Source: an uncultured Nitrososphaerales archaeon (lineage in GTDB: Archaea; Thermoproteota; Nitrososphaeria; Nitrososphaerales; Nitrososphaeraceae). Taken from it: a stretch of DNA of 64,000 nt. The notes under the pieces were generated by a model. That model was not told the origin of the DNA. It did not search any database and saw nothing but the letters and a program-made list of their open reading frames with translations. Numbering within the stretch: the stretch's first letter is position 1; every line of letters starts with the position of its first letter. Positions 13,045-23,433 of the stretch are shown here, piece by piece. The position numbers and the translations under genes are program-made. The stretch spans positions 320,001 to 384,000 of the forward strand of contig CAVPXM010000055.1 of NCBI GenBank assembly GCA_963709405.1, in the 5' to 3' direction.

Positions 13045-14301
13045 AATTGTTACAGATCATACCGCGTGCCGAGACTCGGAAGGGATTGGAGTTGGATTTG
13101 GCGTGCAATTGTATTACTAATACCCTTCAGCCGTAAGAAACGATAGTACGGCTTATATGTTATCAGGGCTATTATCGCGTGCTGACCGTCCCAAGAAAAG
13201 GCATGCATAGGATAAATGCATTATAGAGCCTTAACGGGCCAGGCCAGCCGCAGCACTCCCATTAATCGGGGAAACGACACGACTGCGGGCACTGAGTCCA
13301 TCGTGGATTCCGGAAGAGCAAAAATAGCAGCTTTTCCACGGCAGCAACCAGCCCAGGGGACATAACCAGCCATATTTTTAACTGCTTGCTTTACTTGCTT
13401 GCTAGGTGATGGAGATTAGCAAGGGGGGTGGTTTGGGTTAATTACCAGTCATTATTAAGTAATGGCGGACCTTTTCGATAATATTGGGCAATTGCTCAAA
13501 CAGCATTAAAGTCTCAAATAGACATCCTAAAGGATATCGTTATTCAACTTTCAGATGTCAAAAATAATGAAAAGATCGAAAGTAGTTTAGATGGTATGTT
13601 CAAACAATATGATTCCTCGTTCTAGATAATTCCCCGGTGACTATATTTCCCGGTTCGTCGTGGTGCGGAAAAGATAGATTTAGCACAAACTATGAGATTG
13701 AAGCCATGTATGCATGTCTTCGGCTAAGTCAAAAGGATTTTACGAGATCGGAGTTGGATTCACTTCAGGCTCGTTATGTTTTTTGGTAATTCTACAGCAG
13801 TATGGTTAGTAATTATTGATTGGTATGTAATTTTGACTGTAGTCAATGAGTCCATTTTATATCCTCATTAGATAACATGTAAGACAACATTTGTTGATGT
13901 AAATTCAGTACTTTGTGGTAACATGATACGTGCTGTCTTGATAATTAGAATTGATGTGATTATCTTTATGCCTTTCCAATAGTTTACACTCCTGCTACCA
14001 CTGTTACCATTACAATACCATTTCCATTACGAGAAGGAAAAGGATTAACCTATCAAGTCTCAGATAGCTTATCAATCGATTCGTCTAGATTCAATCTTCT
14101 CTAATCTCTCTTTCGATGATCTCACATTCATATGGATGCTGCATTTTCGAATAAACCGGCCTTAAATTCGTTGCATTCTCTTATTACTTTTAATGCAAAC
14201 AGCATGTCTCTTGGTGATAAGTTACTATATTTTGTTATCGTGATTATTGAACATTGCACATCTTCAGGACTGAAGTGGAAAATTAGCAAACGGCATGATC
14301 G

Positions 14302-14973
14302 CTATATGAAATGCTGATCTTCTTTGTTTGCTTTTTCCCTTACGTGAACATCTGCTGATGGCACAACTTCTGAATCCGGATATGTCTCTGTTGATGGTTG
14401 CAATAATTTTGGTGAATCTGTATTGTCATTAATCATGCTATCAAGAAACGCTTCTGTTAAATCTTCTACTCTCTGACTGAACAGTTGTTCTGCCTTGTCT
14501 AGTAAAAAATTCTCGTATACATAGTCATTGTTAGTGTAATTGCAACGCGACTGTTCGTCTGAATATAACCCATTAGTATATGAACCGCTTTCTCTTGATG
14601 GTAATGAAGGTAATTCTGTTGTTTTAGTGACAATTGGCAAGTTATGGTACAGAATATTAAATTTGCTGGGATCACTTCTACAAGAATCTATAACGGATAT
14701 AAAAGCTGTTCTCAACAGACCTCGATAATTCATGAGCGTGTCCTGAACTCTCTGTTTAACTTTCTCCCTAACCTTCAGATAGTCTTCATTATTATTCCGA
14801 AATTGCTTAACAATAGACTCTCGTCTTACTTTCTCTATTCGCAATCTAGTCAGAGCAAGATGCTCCTCTGTACATAAATCACGATAATGGTTCAATAATC
14901 TGTGTTCCTCAGATATGTCATTACCCAGCTGTTCAAAGGTTTTAGATGCGTGTAAGTTATTGGCCGTTAGCAA
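14302..14973 (-). pseudogene. C-terminal part of an HTH/coiled-coil protein family (same family as 54026..54514)
   Basis: LTANNL...FRNNNEDYLKV...ISVIDSCRSDP; begins where the 54026 ORF ends (LEIANNDL). Confidence 0.5.
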
Positions 14974-15305
14974 TGCCTCTTCTCTTCTAAGATCTTCACA
15001 TGTTCTTTCAATTGATGATCGCCTTCTTCTCCTCTCTGGCGAATCCTATAAGAGAACTATATCGTTGCGGGTTCGGTGGTTCTCGCACTAATGGCAGTTC
15101 TAAAAAGAAACTCAATAATACTAACATAAACCTAGCTATTAAGTTTTCTGTCGAACGAATAGAGTTGCCTTACTAAGGACAACCTGTGATAGGGTCATAA
15201 CAGGATTTACAAATGTAGAGCCAGGCTTTAGAACGAATCTATACCTTCAAATTATAATATCCGAAAAATATAAAGCTAAATTAGTCGAAATACTATTAAC
15301 AAGAA

Positions 15306-15659
15306 ATGGGTAATTCATTCATGCCACCTGCTACACCAAAAGTTATTGGGACTAATAATATCAAAGAAGATCACGAAGAAGTTATTTCAATAACTGAAAA
15401 AATAAATCTTACCAAGAAGCAATATCAAGTCTTGAATATTATTTGTAATACATATGAGGAATCTATTTCGCAATATCTAGAAGAGGCACTAGTCGAAGCA
15501 ATGAGATTTGATATAGAAGAAGGTAACTTCTGTGATGCTTTGCTGGAAAAGATAGGCGAAGATAACAGTAAAAAGGATACCTCTACTTCACCCTCTACCA
15601 CTCTTGCTGCCAACCTGATAAACAGTGATTTAAATTTGCTTAAGAAGCTGCAGACATAG
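15306..15659 (+). CDS. Hypothetical protein (RHH-like small DNA-binding candidate)
   Basis: 117 aa ATG ORF; KINLTKKQY...SISQYLEEAL pattern. Confidence 0.55.
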   Translation: MGNSFMPPATPKVIGTNNIKEDHEEVISITEKINLTKKQYQVLNIICNTYEESISQYLEEALVEAMRFDIEEGNFCDALLEKIGEDNSKKDTSTSPSTTLAANLINSDLNLLKKLQT

Positions 15660-15789
15660 ATACCGTAGTTACATAAGATTCTATAAAAATGGCACCAAAT
15701 CTTATGTAACTGGACATATACACAGTTTTGAATTAGCAAGCTCTTACTGTCTGCTAACAATATTACCATTCTGCAGCATATACACTTAC

Positions 15790-16266
15790 CTACAATATCT
15801 GATTGTTATTATTGCAATCGTTATTCAATTCTTCATTATTTGGCATATGATCGCCAATGTATTTTTTCTTCAACTTCTTGCTTTCAGGATCTTTCCAGTA
15901 TGCGTAGTAGTAAGGCCCATGCTTTTGTTCACACATCTCTTTTCCGCACTTGATGTATTCCTTTCTTATTGTTGCATTCTCAGGTATTGATTTGACTCTA
16001 TTAGCACAAGCAAGCTGTTTTGATTTCATTTTATTTATGAACTTATTTGATTTCTCAATTGTCTTGTTAGCGTTTTCAAGTACTTTTTGCAATGAGGCGT
16101 GCCTATTTCCAAAAAGAGGTTTACTCCAATCAAATGATAGCTTCCTGCTGTTGTATTTATACAGAGATCCTAATTCGTTGAAATGTGACTGCGATCTAGA
16201 GTTGTTATCATTACTGTTGTTGCTGGGGACATTATGATATCTGCCTAAGCGTTTTGTATTAGTCAA
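15790..16266 (-). CDS. Mobile-element-associated protein (DUF6788-like)
   Basis: CGK..C..KHGPYYYAYW...KKKYIG motif. Confidence 0.6.
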   Translation of the reverse strand: MTNTKRLGRYHNVPSNNSNDNNSRSQSHFNELGSLYKYNSRKLSFDWSKPLFGNRHASLQKVLENANKTIEKSNKFINKMKSKQLACANRVKSIPENATIRKEYIKCGKEMCEQKHGPYYYAYWKDPESKKLKKKYIGDHMPNNEELNNDCNNNNQIL

Positions 16267-16470
16267 ATGATCTTATTATTATCATATAATATTTTCCTAA
16301 TACTAAATTTTTTCTTGTATTTTAGAGCGAGTATGCATAGCGCACGATATTCTTTATTATTATAGGTAAATAAAAACATGTTCCAGAGTTTTCAATCACA
16401 TCATGCTTACTATCCTTACGATCCTTACTTATAGATAGATGTTAATTCGTGATAAAATATCCGGTGAGTT

Positions 16471-16541
16471 TGATATTTAGTAATGATGGTAAGGGTGATA
16501 AGCATCATATAGTGCAAAGTTTCTGGATTCATTAGGTAATT
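16471..16541 (+). repeat. 71-bp imperfect direct repeat, left copy
   Basis: Aligns ungapped with 33324-33394, about 10 mismatches by manual count. Confidence 0.85.
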
Positions 16542-16758
16542 ATCCGTTATCATGATAATTCGTCATATTAAAGAGTAAAATGATACTGTAATTCCTTTAT
16601 TTACTACCGCTGTCTATTTCATTTTATTATCAGTACAGGAGATGTAGCATAGTGATTACTGTGGAAGCAACTTGCTTTTTTGACCGTTCCTTAGTAGGAA
16701 ATACAATTAGATGGTTAAAACAGGTGTGCCTTGCAGTTTTTCAAATAGCTATTTTGTT

Positions 16759-16935
16759 GTTATTTTGTCTGCAACGATAGAACAAATCAACAAAATTACA
16801 ATGTAATGAATTGTACCCTTTGTAAATAAATAGCAGAGTTGACCCGTGTTTAAAAATGGATCAAATTAATTCTGGAGAAAGGGTGAGAGGGAAATGACGA
16901 GTACCAGCAAGAAACAGAATGGGACAATTACAGGA
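16759..16935 (+). repeat. Promoter/RBS/start cassette, copy 1 (177 bp)
   Basis: Near-identical to 31158-31334 and in part to 21502-21620; contains ATTACA-A-TGTAAT, TTTAAAAA, GGGTGAGAGGG, ATG at 16894. Confidence 0.93.
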
Positions 16936-17076
16936 GAGACGACGGGCCAGTCATCAATGGAGTCGCTTGGCGGAGCCAAGAAACTTGACAAAAACGACCC
17001 CAAATTTCAAGTTGGTATGCTAGCAATGAAAACCGAAGCAGGCAGGACAACAAATCACGCCGCTTCATCAACGTAG
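16894..17076 (+). pseudogene. Mosaic 60-aa leader ORF, probable deletion remnant of a paralog of the 21607 gene
   Basis: Starts at the cassette ATG; cttgacaaaaacgacccc (LDKNDP) at 16984-17001 is identical to 21973-21990. Confidence 0.6.
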
Positions 17077-17090
17077 AAAGAGAAGACAGT

Positions 17091-18919
17091 ATGTTCTACA
17101 GTAACGGTAACTACGAAGCATTCATTCGTCCCCGCAAGCCGCAGGGCGTGGACGAGAAGTCTGCCTATCTCATCGGCGGTGGCATCGCCTCGCTCGCGGC
17201 GGCGGGCTTTTTGATCCGCGACGGGCAGATGGATGGCAAACGCATCACCATCTACGAGGCGAGCAATATCGCCGGCGGCTGCCTGGACGGCATCAAGGAC
17301 CCAAAGGAGGGCTACCTCTTCCGCGGCGAGCGCGAGATGGAGGACCACTACGAGTGCCTGTGGGATCTGATGCGCTCGATCCCGTCGCTCGATGTCGAGG
17401 ACGCCTCGGTCCTTGAAGACTTTTACCAGGTCAACAAGGACCACCCCAACTACTCCCTGTGCCGGACCACTCACAAGCGCGGGCAGCCCTTCCCGACCGA
17501 CGGCAAGATGCTCCTGACCCCCAAGGCGCAGGGCGAGCTGATGAAGCTCTTCTACACCCGCAGAAGAGAGCTATTCGACAGGCGGTTCGAGGAATTCGTG
17601 AGCGAGGAGTTCTTCACCAGCAACTTCTGGGTGTATTGGCTGTCGATGTTCGCTATCGGGCCCTGGCACGGCGCCCTGGAGATGAAGCTCTACATGAACC
17701 GCTTCGTCCAGCACTTCGGTGGGATGACGGATCTCAGCACTATCAAGTTCACTCGCCTCAACCAGTTCGACTCGCTGGTCCTCCCGCTAGTCAAGTGGCT
17801 CGAGCAGCAAGGCGTCACGATTGTGTACGACACGAAGGTCACCAACGTCGTGTTCGACATCACCCCGGAACGCAAGGTCGCTCGCCGGATCGAGTGGATT
17901 CAAGGCGGAAAGCGCGGAGGACGCGACGTCACTAAGAACGACCTCGTCCTCATTACCAACGGCTCTGCGGTCGAAAACACCTCGTGGGGGGACCACCACA
18001 CCCCGGCCAAGTGGATCAGGGACATCCAGGAGGGCAGCATCTGGGCGATGTGGCGCAACATCGCCGCCCAGGACGCCGCCTTCGGTCAGCCCGACAAGTT
18101 CTGTACCCACACCGACAAGAGCAGCTATGAGTCGGCATGCATCATCACCCTCGACGACAAGATTCCGCCCTACATCGAGCGGATCTGCCAGCGCGACCCG
18201 TACAGTTTCGACTCGAGCCCCATCACCGGTGGCTTGGTGACCGTGCGCGATTCCAATTGGATCCTGTCGTGGAACGTCGAGCGCAACCCGCACTTCAGGA
18301 ACGCGCCGAAGGACCAGCTGATGATCCACGCCTACGGCACGTACAGCCTCGACCGGCCCGGCAACTACGTCACGAAGGCGATGCGTGAGTGCACCGGCGA
18401 GGAGATCGCCCGGGAATGGCTCTACCACCTGGGGGTGCCGGACGATCAGATCAACCAGCTGGCGGCCAAGTCGGTGAACGTGCATCCGTGCATGATGCCC
18501 TACATCACGGCCTTCTTCTTGCCCCGGCGTGACGGCGACCGTCCCAAGGTGGTGCCCGAGGGAGCGGTCAACTTCGGGTTCCTGGGGCAGCTCGCCGAGA
18601 GCCACCCGCGGGACGTCATCTTCACCGTCGAATACTCGGTGCGGACGGCGATGGAGGCGGTCTACACCCTGCTGGACATCGAGCGGGGCGTGCCGGAGCC
18701 GTGGGGCTCGCAGTACGACATTCGTGCGCTGCTCAACTCGGCGATCGTGCTGCGGGATGGCGAGAAGCTAAAGCTGCCCCCCATGCTCGAGGCTACGTGT
18801 TGAACACCGAAATCGGCGAGCTGTTGAGGGACTACGGGTTAATCGGCGAACTCGGCGACAACGAGCTCACGGTCGCGATACACAAGAACCCTCCGCGGGT
18901 GACTCGCACGGTCCTTTAG
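17091..18919 (+). CDS. Oleate hydratase (myosin-cross-reactive antigen family); frameshift near 18790
   Basis: MFYSNGNYEAF, GGGIAS FAD motif, RGEREMEDH, FTVEYSVRTAMEAVY; family-type C-terminus (TEIGELLRDYGLI) in ORF ending 18919; GC-rich. Confidence 0.93.
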
Positions 18920-19193
18920 AGACTAGTGGAGAGACGGAATGGACAGGGAACTTCTATGTTTACAAGATCGGGCTGGTTCGGCTCTTAGCGGAGGACCGGG
19001 AGCGGGTTTACGCGCGTGCTCCAGTCCTCCTTTGCCTTCAGCGGACGGCGCACCTTGGAAAGAGTTCGAGTCCAATTGGTCGCCTCCCCAACGCCAAAGT
19101 TCCGTTTCTCTTCTGACGAAGTATCGCCCGCAATCGTTCGAGACTAGCCCGGATCGATGGGATGTGAAAAGAGCGGATATCGGAACGCTGGGC

Positions 19194-19280
19194 TATAGCG
19201 TTTTCGAGCGAAGTGGGTACCCGGTTCCCGTGACGAGATAGAGAACGCGTCAAAGCAAATGCATAGAGCCTCGGCTCTAG
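19194..19280 (+). repeat. Rhizobiales-type intergenic palindromic repeat element
   Basis: TATAGCGTTTTCGAGCGAAGTGGGTACCCGGTTCCCGT...AACGCGTCAAAGCAAATGCATAGAGC resembles Bradyrhizobium/Brucella-type repeats as recalled; ends in a TAGAGCC-TC-GGCTCTA hairpin. Confidence 0.65.
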
Positions 19281-19293
19281 GGAAAACGGAGGA

Positions 19294-19545
19294 ATGCGAT
19301 TGAACGAGAGGTTGACAAAGTGGGCGGCAGCCGCTGTGCTGTCGATTGTCGCCGCTGCGCCGGCGCTTGGCGGCTCCGTCACGCGTCAGGGTGACACAGC
19401 TGGCCTTGCGGTGGGAATGCCGCTCCCTCCAGGCTTCTATTTGCAGAATCAACTGACCGAGGATTACGTGGTCACAAGCCCGCATGACACGTCTGTCCTA
19501 GACGATGTCCCCGTCTTGGTTTGGTCGACCCCCTGGACGATTTAG
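19294..19545 (+). pseudogene. 5' fragment of an SphA/phenol-MetA-type outer-membrane protein
   Basis: GGAGGA SD, signal peptide, GDTAGLAVGMPLPPGFY motif; truncated where GC-rich DNA ends. Confidence 0.6.
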
Positions 19546-19686
19546 CTGAGCGAGCGCGCTTTGCACTAGCAAAATATGCATTAGATACTAAGCCCTCTTT
19601 GTCTACCCAGTCTCCTACTACATAGAATTGTCTGTCCCCCCTGACCCCCCCCACAGGTTTTAATATTAAATATTTTCGTATATATT

Positions 19687-20628
19687 ATGAAAGCCGGAAT
19701 ATTCTTACCGCAATCTGGAGACTCTGCGACAAGAGATAACGTTCTCTATATTGCAAATGAGGCTGAAAGGGAAGGCTTTAAATCTGTTTGGGTAATGGAG
19801 CGACTTTTGTGGCCAATGAAGCCCCAGTCACCATATCCTGGAACACCTGATGGTTCTCTTCCGGTTGAATACCAAAATGTACTTGACCCACTGGAGACGC
19901 TTACCTACTTGGCAGGCAATACCAATCAAATTTCTTTAGGAACTTGTATAATTGATATGCTGTTTCATAATCCATTAGTATTAGCAAGGCGATTTGCAAC
20001 ACTCGACATCCTGTCGCAGGGAAGGGCTATTGCAGGTCTAGGAATCGGATGGTCAAAAGATGAGTATGAAGCTTCAGGTATACCTTACAAATACAGAGGA
20101 GAAAGGGCAAATGAATATTTGCAAGTGCTAAAACGAATTTGGACCGATGAGGTAGTCGAATTTAAAGGTCACTTCTACTCGATACCAGCTTCAAAAATTG
20201 GGCCTAAGCCTGTGCAGAAGCCTCATCCCCCAATACTGCTAGGTGGATTCAGTCCAAAGACATTCTTACGAATAGTAAACTATGCGGATGGTTGGATATC
20301 TGTTGCCGGATTTGGACCATTGAAACAGCTTGAACAGGCTATAAACGGCTTAAGAGAAGGCGCAAGAAAAGCCGACAAAGACCCTTCAAAGATTCGTGTA
20401 GTTATGTTGACGTATCCGAATGTGCTAGACTCCTCCTCCTCAAATTCCTCCTCAGAGCCACAGAGATTGCCCATGACTGGTACCATTGACCAAATTGGAA
20501 CTGACATTGATCAAATCAAAGCGATGGGCGTAGAGCATATAATATTCGGCCATTTCTTATCTCCAACAGGCAAGGATATGAAGAAGATGATCGAGATAAC
20601 GAAACAGCTTGCTAAATTTGCTAAATAA
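19687..20628 (+). CDS. LLM-class (probably F420-dependent) oxidoreductase
   Basis: DPLETLTYLA, LARRFATLDILSQGR, GPKPVQKPHPPILLGG, YADGW; host-like AT content. Confidence 0.9.
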   Translation: MKAGIFLPQSGDSATRDNVLYIANEAEREGFKSVWVMERLLWPMKPQSPYPGTPDGSLPVEYQNVLDPLETLTYLAGNTNQISLGTCIIDMLFHNPLVLARRFATLDILSQGRAIAGLGIGWSKDEYEASGIPYKYRGERANEYLQVLKRIWTDEVVEFKGHFYSIPASKIGPKPVQKPHPPILLGGFSPKTFLRIVNYADGWISVAGFGPLKQLEQAINGLREGARKADKDPSKIRVVMLTYPNVLDSSSSNSSSEPQRLPMTGTIDQIGTDIDQIKAMGVEHIIFGHFLSPTGKDMKKMIEITKQLAKFAK

Positions 20629-20843
20629 AAATGGAGGCTACTATAGTAAATTTATGAGAGGCTCTCGTGATTGCTACGTCATCGGTTTTTGTGAAACTAT
20701 ATCTGTTTTTTGAGATCTCCATTTTCCAATGTTATCGTATTTATCGTATTGCATTTCTCACACTTGGCACAAGAGTCAGTTATATTCCAAAAAGCGTAGG
20801 GAGTAAGAGAATTTAATTCACCGTATTTCTTACACGAATTATA

Positions 20844-21074
20844 CTACTTCCAATGCAATTCTCTGAGTACAAAATTTCCACTCTCTTCTTTCTCACCCTT
20901 ATATATACCCAGCATATTATTCAAAAAAGATAGTTTCCCAGTAGAATTTATGCTATATGCTGATGCCCCTTGATAGTCTGTAAAATTTCTTACATCTATG
21001 GAACTATAGTTTGCCGTCTCACTCCCATCCTTGGTCGTTATTACTCCATCCTTGGTCGTGCTTAGATGGAGCAT
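20844..21074 (-). pseudogene. Fragment of a small secreted beta-protein
   Basis: TTKDGVITTKDGSETANY with a short tandem duplication; no intact N-terminus. Confidence 0.4.
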
Positions 21075-21501
21075 GCCATTTGGTTTTGTTATCTACCTGT
21101 CTCCAGTATTCAAGTATTCTGTGATCCATATTGTAGTAATAGTTGGTAGCTGCCGATAGGTCCTCGTGTGAATCTGAAACTATTCTTGTTTTTTAAGTTC
21201 TCCGTTCTTGAGGGCTATCGTAGTTGTCCGGTCTTATAGCATGTAGTTATTTCTAATATATGAGTGCTTAAGAATATTCGACCACATTATATAGATATGA
21301 AAACAATCGCATGGGCACGATTCTGTATATCTATACAGATTCAAAACATAACAATCCTCTCTGTAGGGTGACACCTATAGAGAACCTAGAATCTCTTCCC
21401 CAATACGATAAGGGAAAATATAAAGAAATGATACTTGATGCTACTACAACAGTTTACAATTTTTTTGGCTTTGATAGGACCATTTATAGCAATTTCAAGA
21501 G

Positions 21502-21620
21502 AACAAAATTACAATGTAATGAATTGTACCCTTTGTAAATAAATAGCAGAGTTGACCCGTGTTCAAAAATGAATCAAATTAATTCTGGAGAAAGGGTGAG
21601 AGGGAAATGACGAGTTCCAG
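21502..21620 (+). repeat. Promoter/RBS/start cassette, copy 2 (~119 bp)
   Basis: Near-identical to 16789-16907; its ATG (21607) is the start of the 204-aa gene. Confidence 0.93.
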
Positions 21621-22221
21621 TAACGTTACCAAAAAGTCAGGTAAGGGCAACAACCACGGCTTTGTCTCGGAGGTGAGCGCATACATGACCGTCAAGCCGG
21701 GTCACGAGGAGGAGGCGCGAGCGGCTTGTCGCCGCTTCGGCGACATGCTGCGTAACTCCGACCCGAAGGCTGTACAGAAGACTGGTCTGCGCGACGCGCG
21801 GTTGGTGGTCTTCGATGACGGTCGACGACTTATGTTCGCCTCTGGCTTCGAGACCGAATGGGACCCATACGTCGACGATGCCATTCTGATCGTTGGCATC
21901 GAACACTTTCTGGACTGGATGCAGCATACCGTAGAGGCAGAAGAACTTGTGGCATCGGTGAAGTCGCTTAACCTTGACAAAAACGACCCCGATTTGGATG
22001 AGAAAGTGAAGCCGGCCGGCGCCAAACTCAAGGCGGTCATCCAGTCGATTCAGACCCCAGCGACCGCCTACTTCAATGCACTGAGCGATCTTACGGTGCC
22101 ACAGATAAAGAAGGCCCAGCGCCTCCAACAGGCCTTCCAGCAGGTGCTCGACGACCCAGCCGCCCAGGATGCACTCAAACACCCGGCCCTGAAGCCGCTG
22201 CTAGAGCAGGCGGCCGACTGA
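21607..22221 (+). CDS. Hypothetical protein, first gene of DyP operon (possible dimeric alpha/beta barrel)
   Basis: 204 aa, GC-rich codons, VKPGHEE...ARLVVFDDGRRLMFASGFETEWDPYVDD. Confidence 0.75.
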   Translation: MTSSSNVTKKSGKGNNHGFVSEVSAYMTVKPGHEEEARAACRRFGDMLRNSDPKAVQKTGLRDARLVVFDDGRRLMFASGFETEWDPYVDDAILIVGIEHFLDWMQHTVEAEELVASVKSLNLDKNDPDLDEKVKPAGAKLKAVIQSIQTPATAYFNALSDLTVPQIKKAQRLQQAFQQVLDDPAAQDALKHPALKPLLEQAAD

Positions 22222-22252
22222 CCTGGGTACCCGTAGGTAGTAAGATAGAACC

Positions 22253-23433
22253 ATGTCAGACCATTTCTCTGGACCCCGGGCGATAGCGGGTCCGGCCGGC
22301 GACATCACTGATCTCTATGTGTTCCCCAGCCCTGAGCGCCCGGGCCATCTTGTGCTCGTGCTGGACGTGCAGCCAGACGCCCCCCATGACTCGTACTTTT
22401 CAGATGCGATCGTCTATCGCTTCCGGCTGCGGCCACTCACCATTTCGGGCGTAGGGGCAGCCGCAGCCTTTCCCTTCGCCGGCGAGGACAAAGAGATAGT
22501 CTTCAGCTGCCACTTCGAGGCTCCGCGGCAAGGCGGAGCTGGAGTGGCGCCTGTGCAGGAAGGTTGGTGTGAGACGCCGTCGGGTGAGACGACACGCTTC
22601 CGCGTTCACGAGGAGAGGGGCGCGAGCAGCGATGGCCTGCGCGTCTTTGCCGGCCTCAGAGCGGAACCATTCTTCTTCGATGTGCAGGCCCTCATAGAGT
22701 CGCAAAAGACTGGGCGGCTTGCCTTCAAGGAGGTCGGGACCAATGCCGCGATCGGCTTCAACGTTCTGAGCATCGTCGTCGAGGCTGACTGTCGGCCGTG
22801 GCTGCGCAGCGGCAGCGGGCCACTGCTAGCGGTGGTCGGCGAGACGGTGGTCGCCGGCAAGCTCCCGATCCGGATCGAGCGAATAGGCCGCCCAGAGATC
22901 AAGAACGTGATCTTGCAGTTGAAGCAGTTTGACCAGGTCAATCGCGACATGGAGCTGCGCGATCTCTACAACCTCGAAGACGCCTTCCACATGAGCAAGG
23001 ACTATGGTGGCGCCTACCGTGCCGGTTGAACGCCAACCTGGCCTTCAACGATCGCCTTGACGGTAAGACGGACTGGCAGCTCGGCCCGGATGGCGCCCAC
23101 CCCCTGACCGAGCTGCTACTCGCCGACTATCTAGTCGTCGACGTCTCACGGCCGTACGCCGCCGACAGCTTCTTTGAGATCGAGCAGGCGACTCTCGATG
23201 GGCACGCCCACCAAACGTGTGGTGGCCGGTCGCTGAACGACGACGTGATGGACAAGCTGCTCACACTGCTCGTTAACGGCGGCAAAGGACCGCGCGTGAG
23301 TGACGGCGTGGACCGGCCGGCAACCCCGGTCTCGGACGTCTTCCCCTACCTAGGCGCCGCCAACTCATCAGCCGCGGGCCAAGCAAGGACTGGGCCTTGC
23401 AATCGGCCAAGCAAGCAAGTAAGGAGACTATGA
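22253..23433 (+). CDS. DUF4331-like protein (frameshift near 23020)
   Basis: MSDHFSGP..DITDLYVF, FAGLRAEPFFFD, ERIGRP, GGRSLNDDVMD, FPYLG across two ORFs. Confidence 0.75.

Noticed and set aside
21311-21538. 75-aa ORF running into cassette copy 2
   Set aside because: No recognisable family, and its 3' end is just cassette sequence
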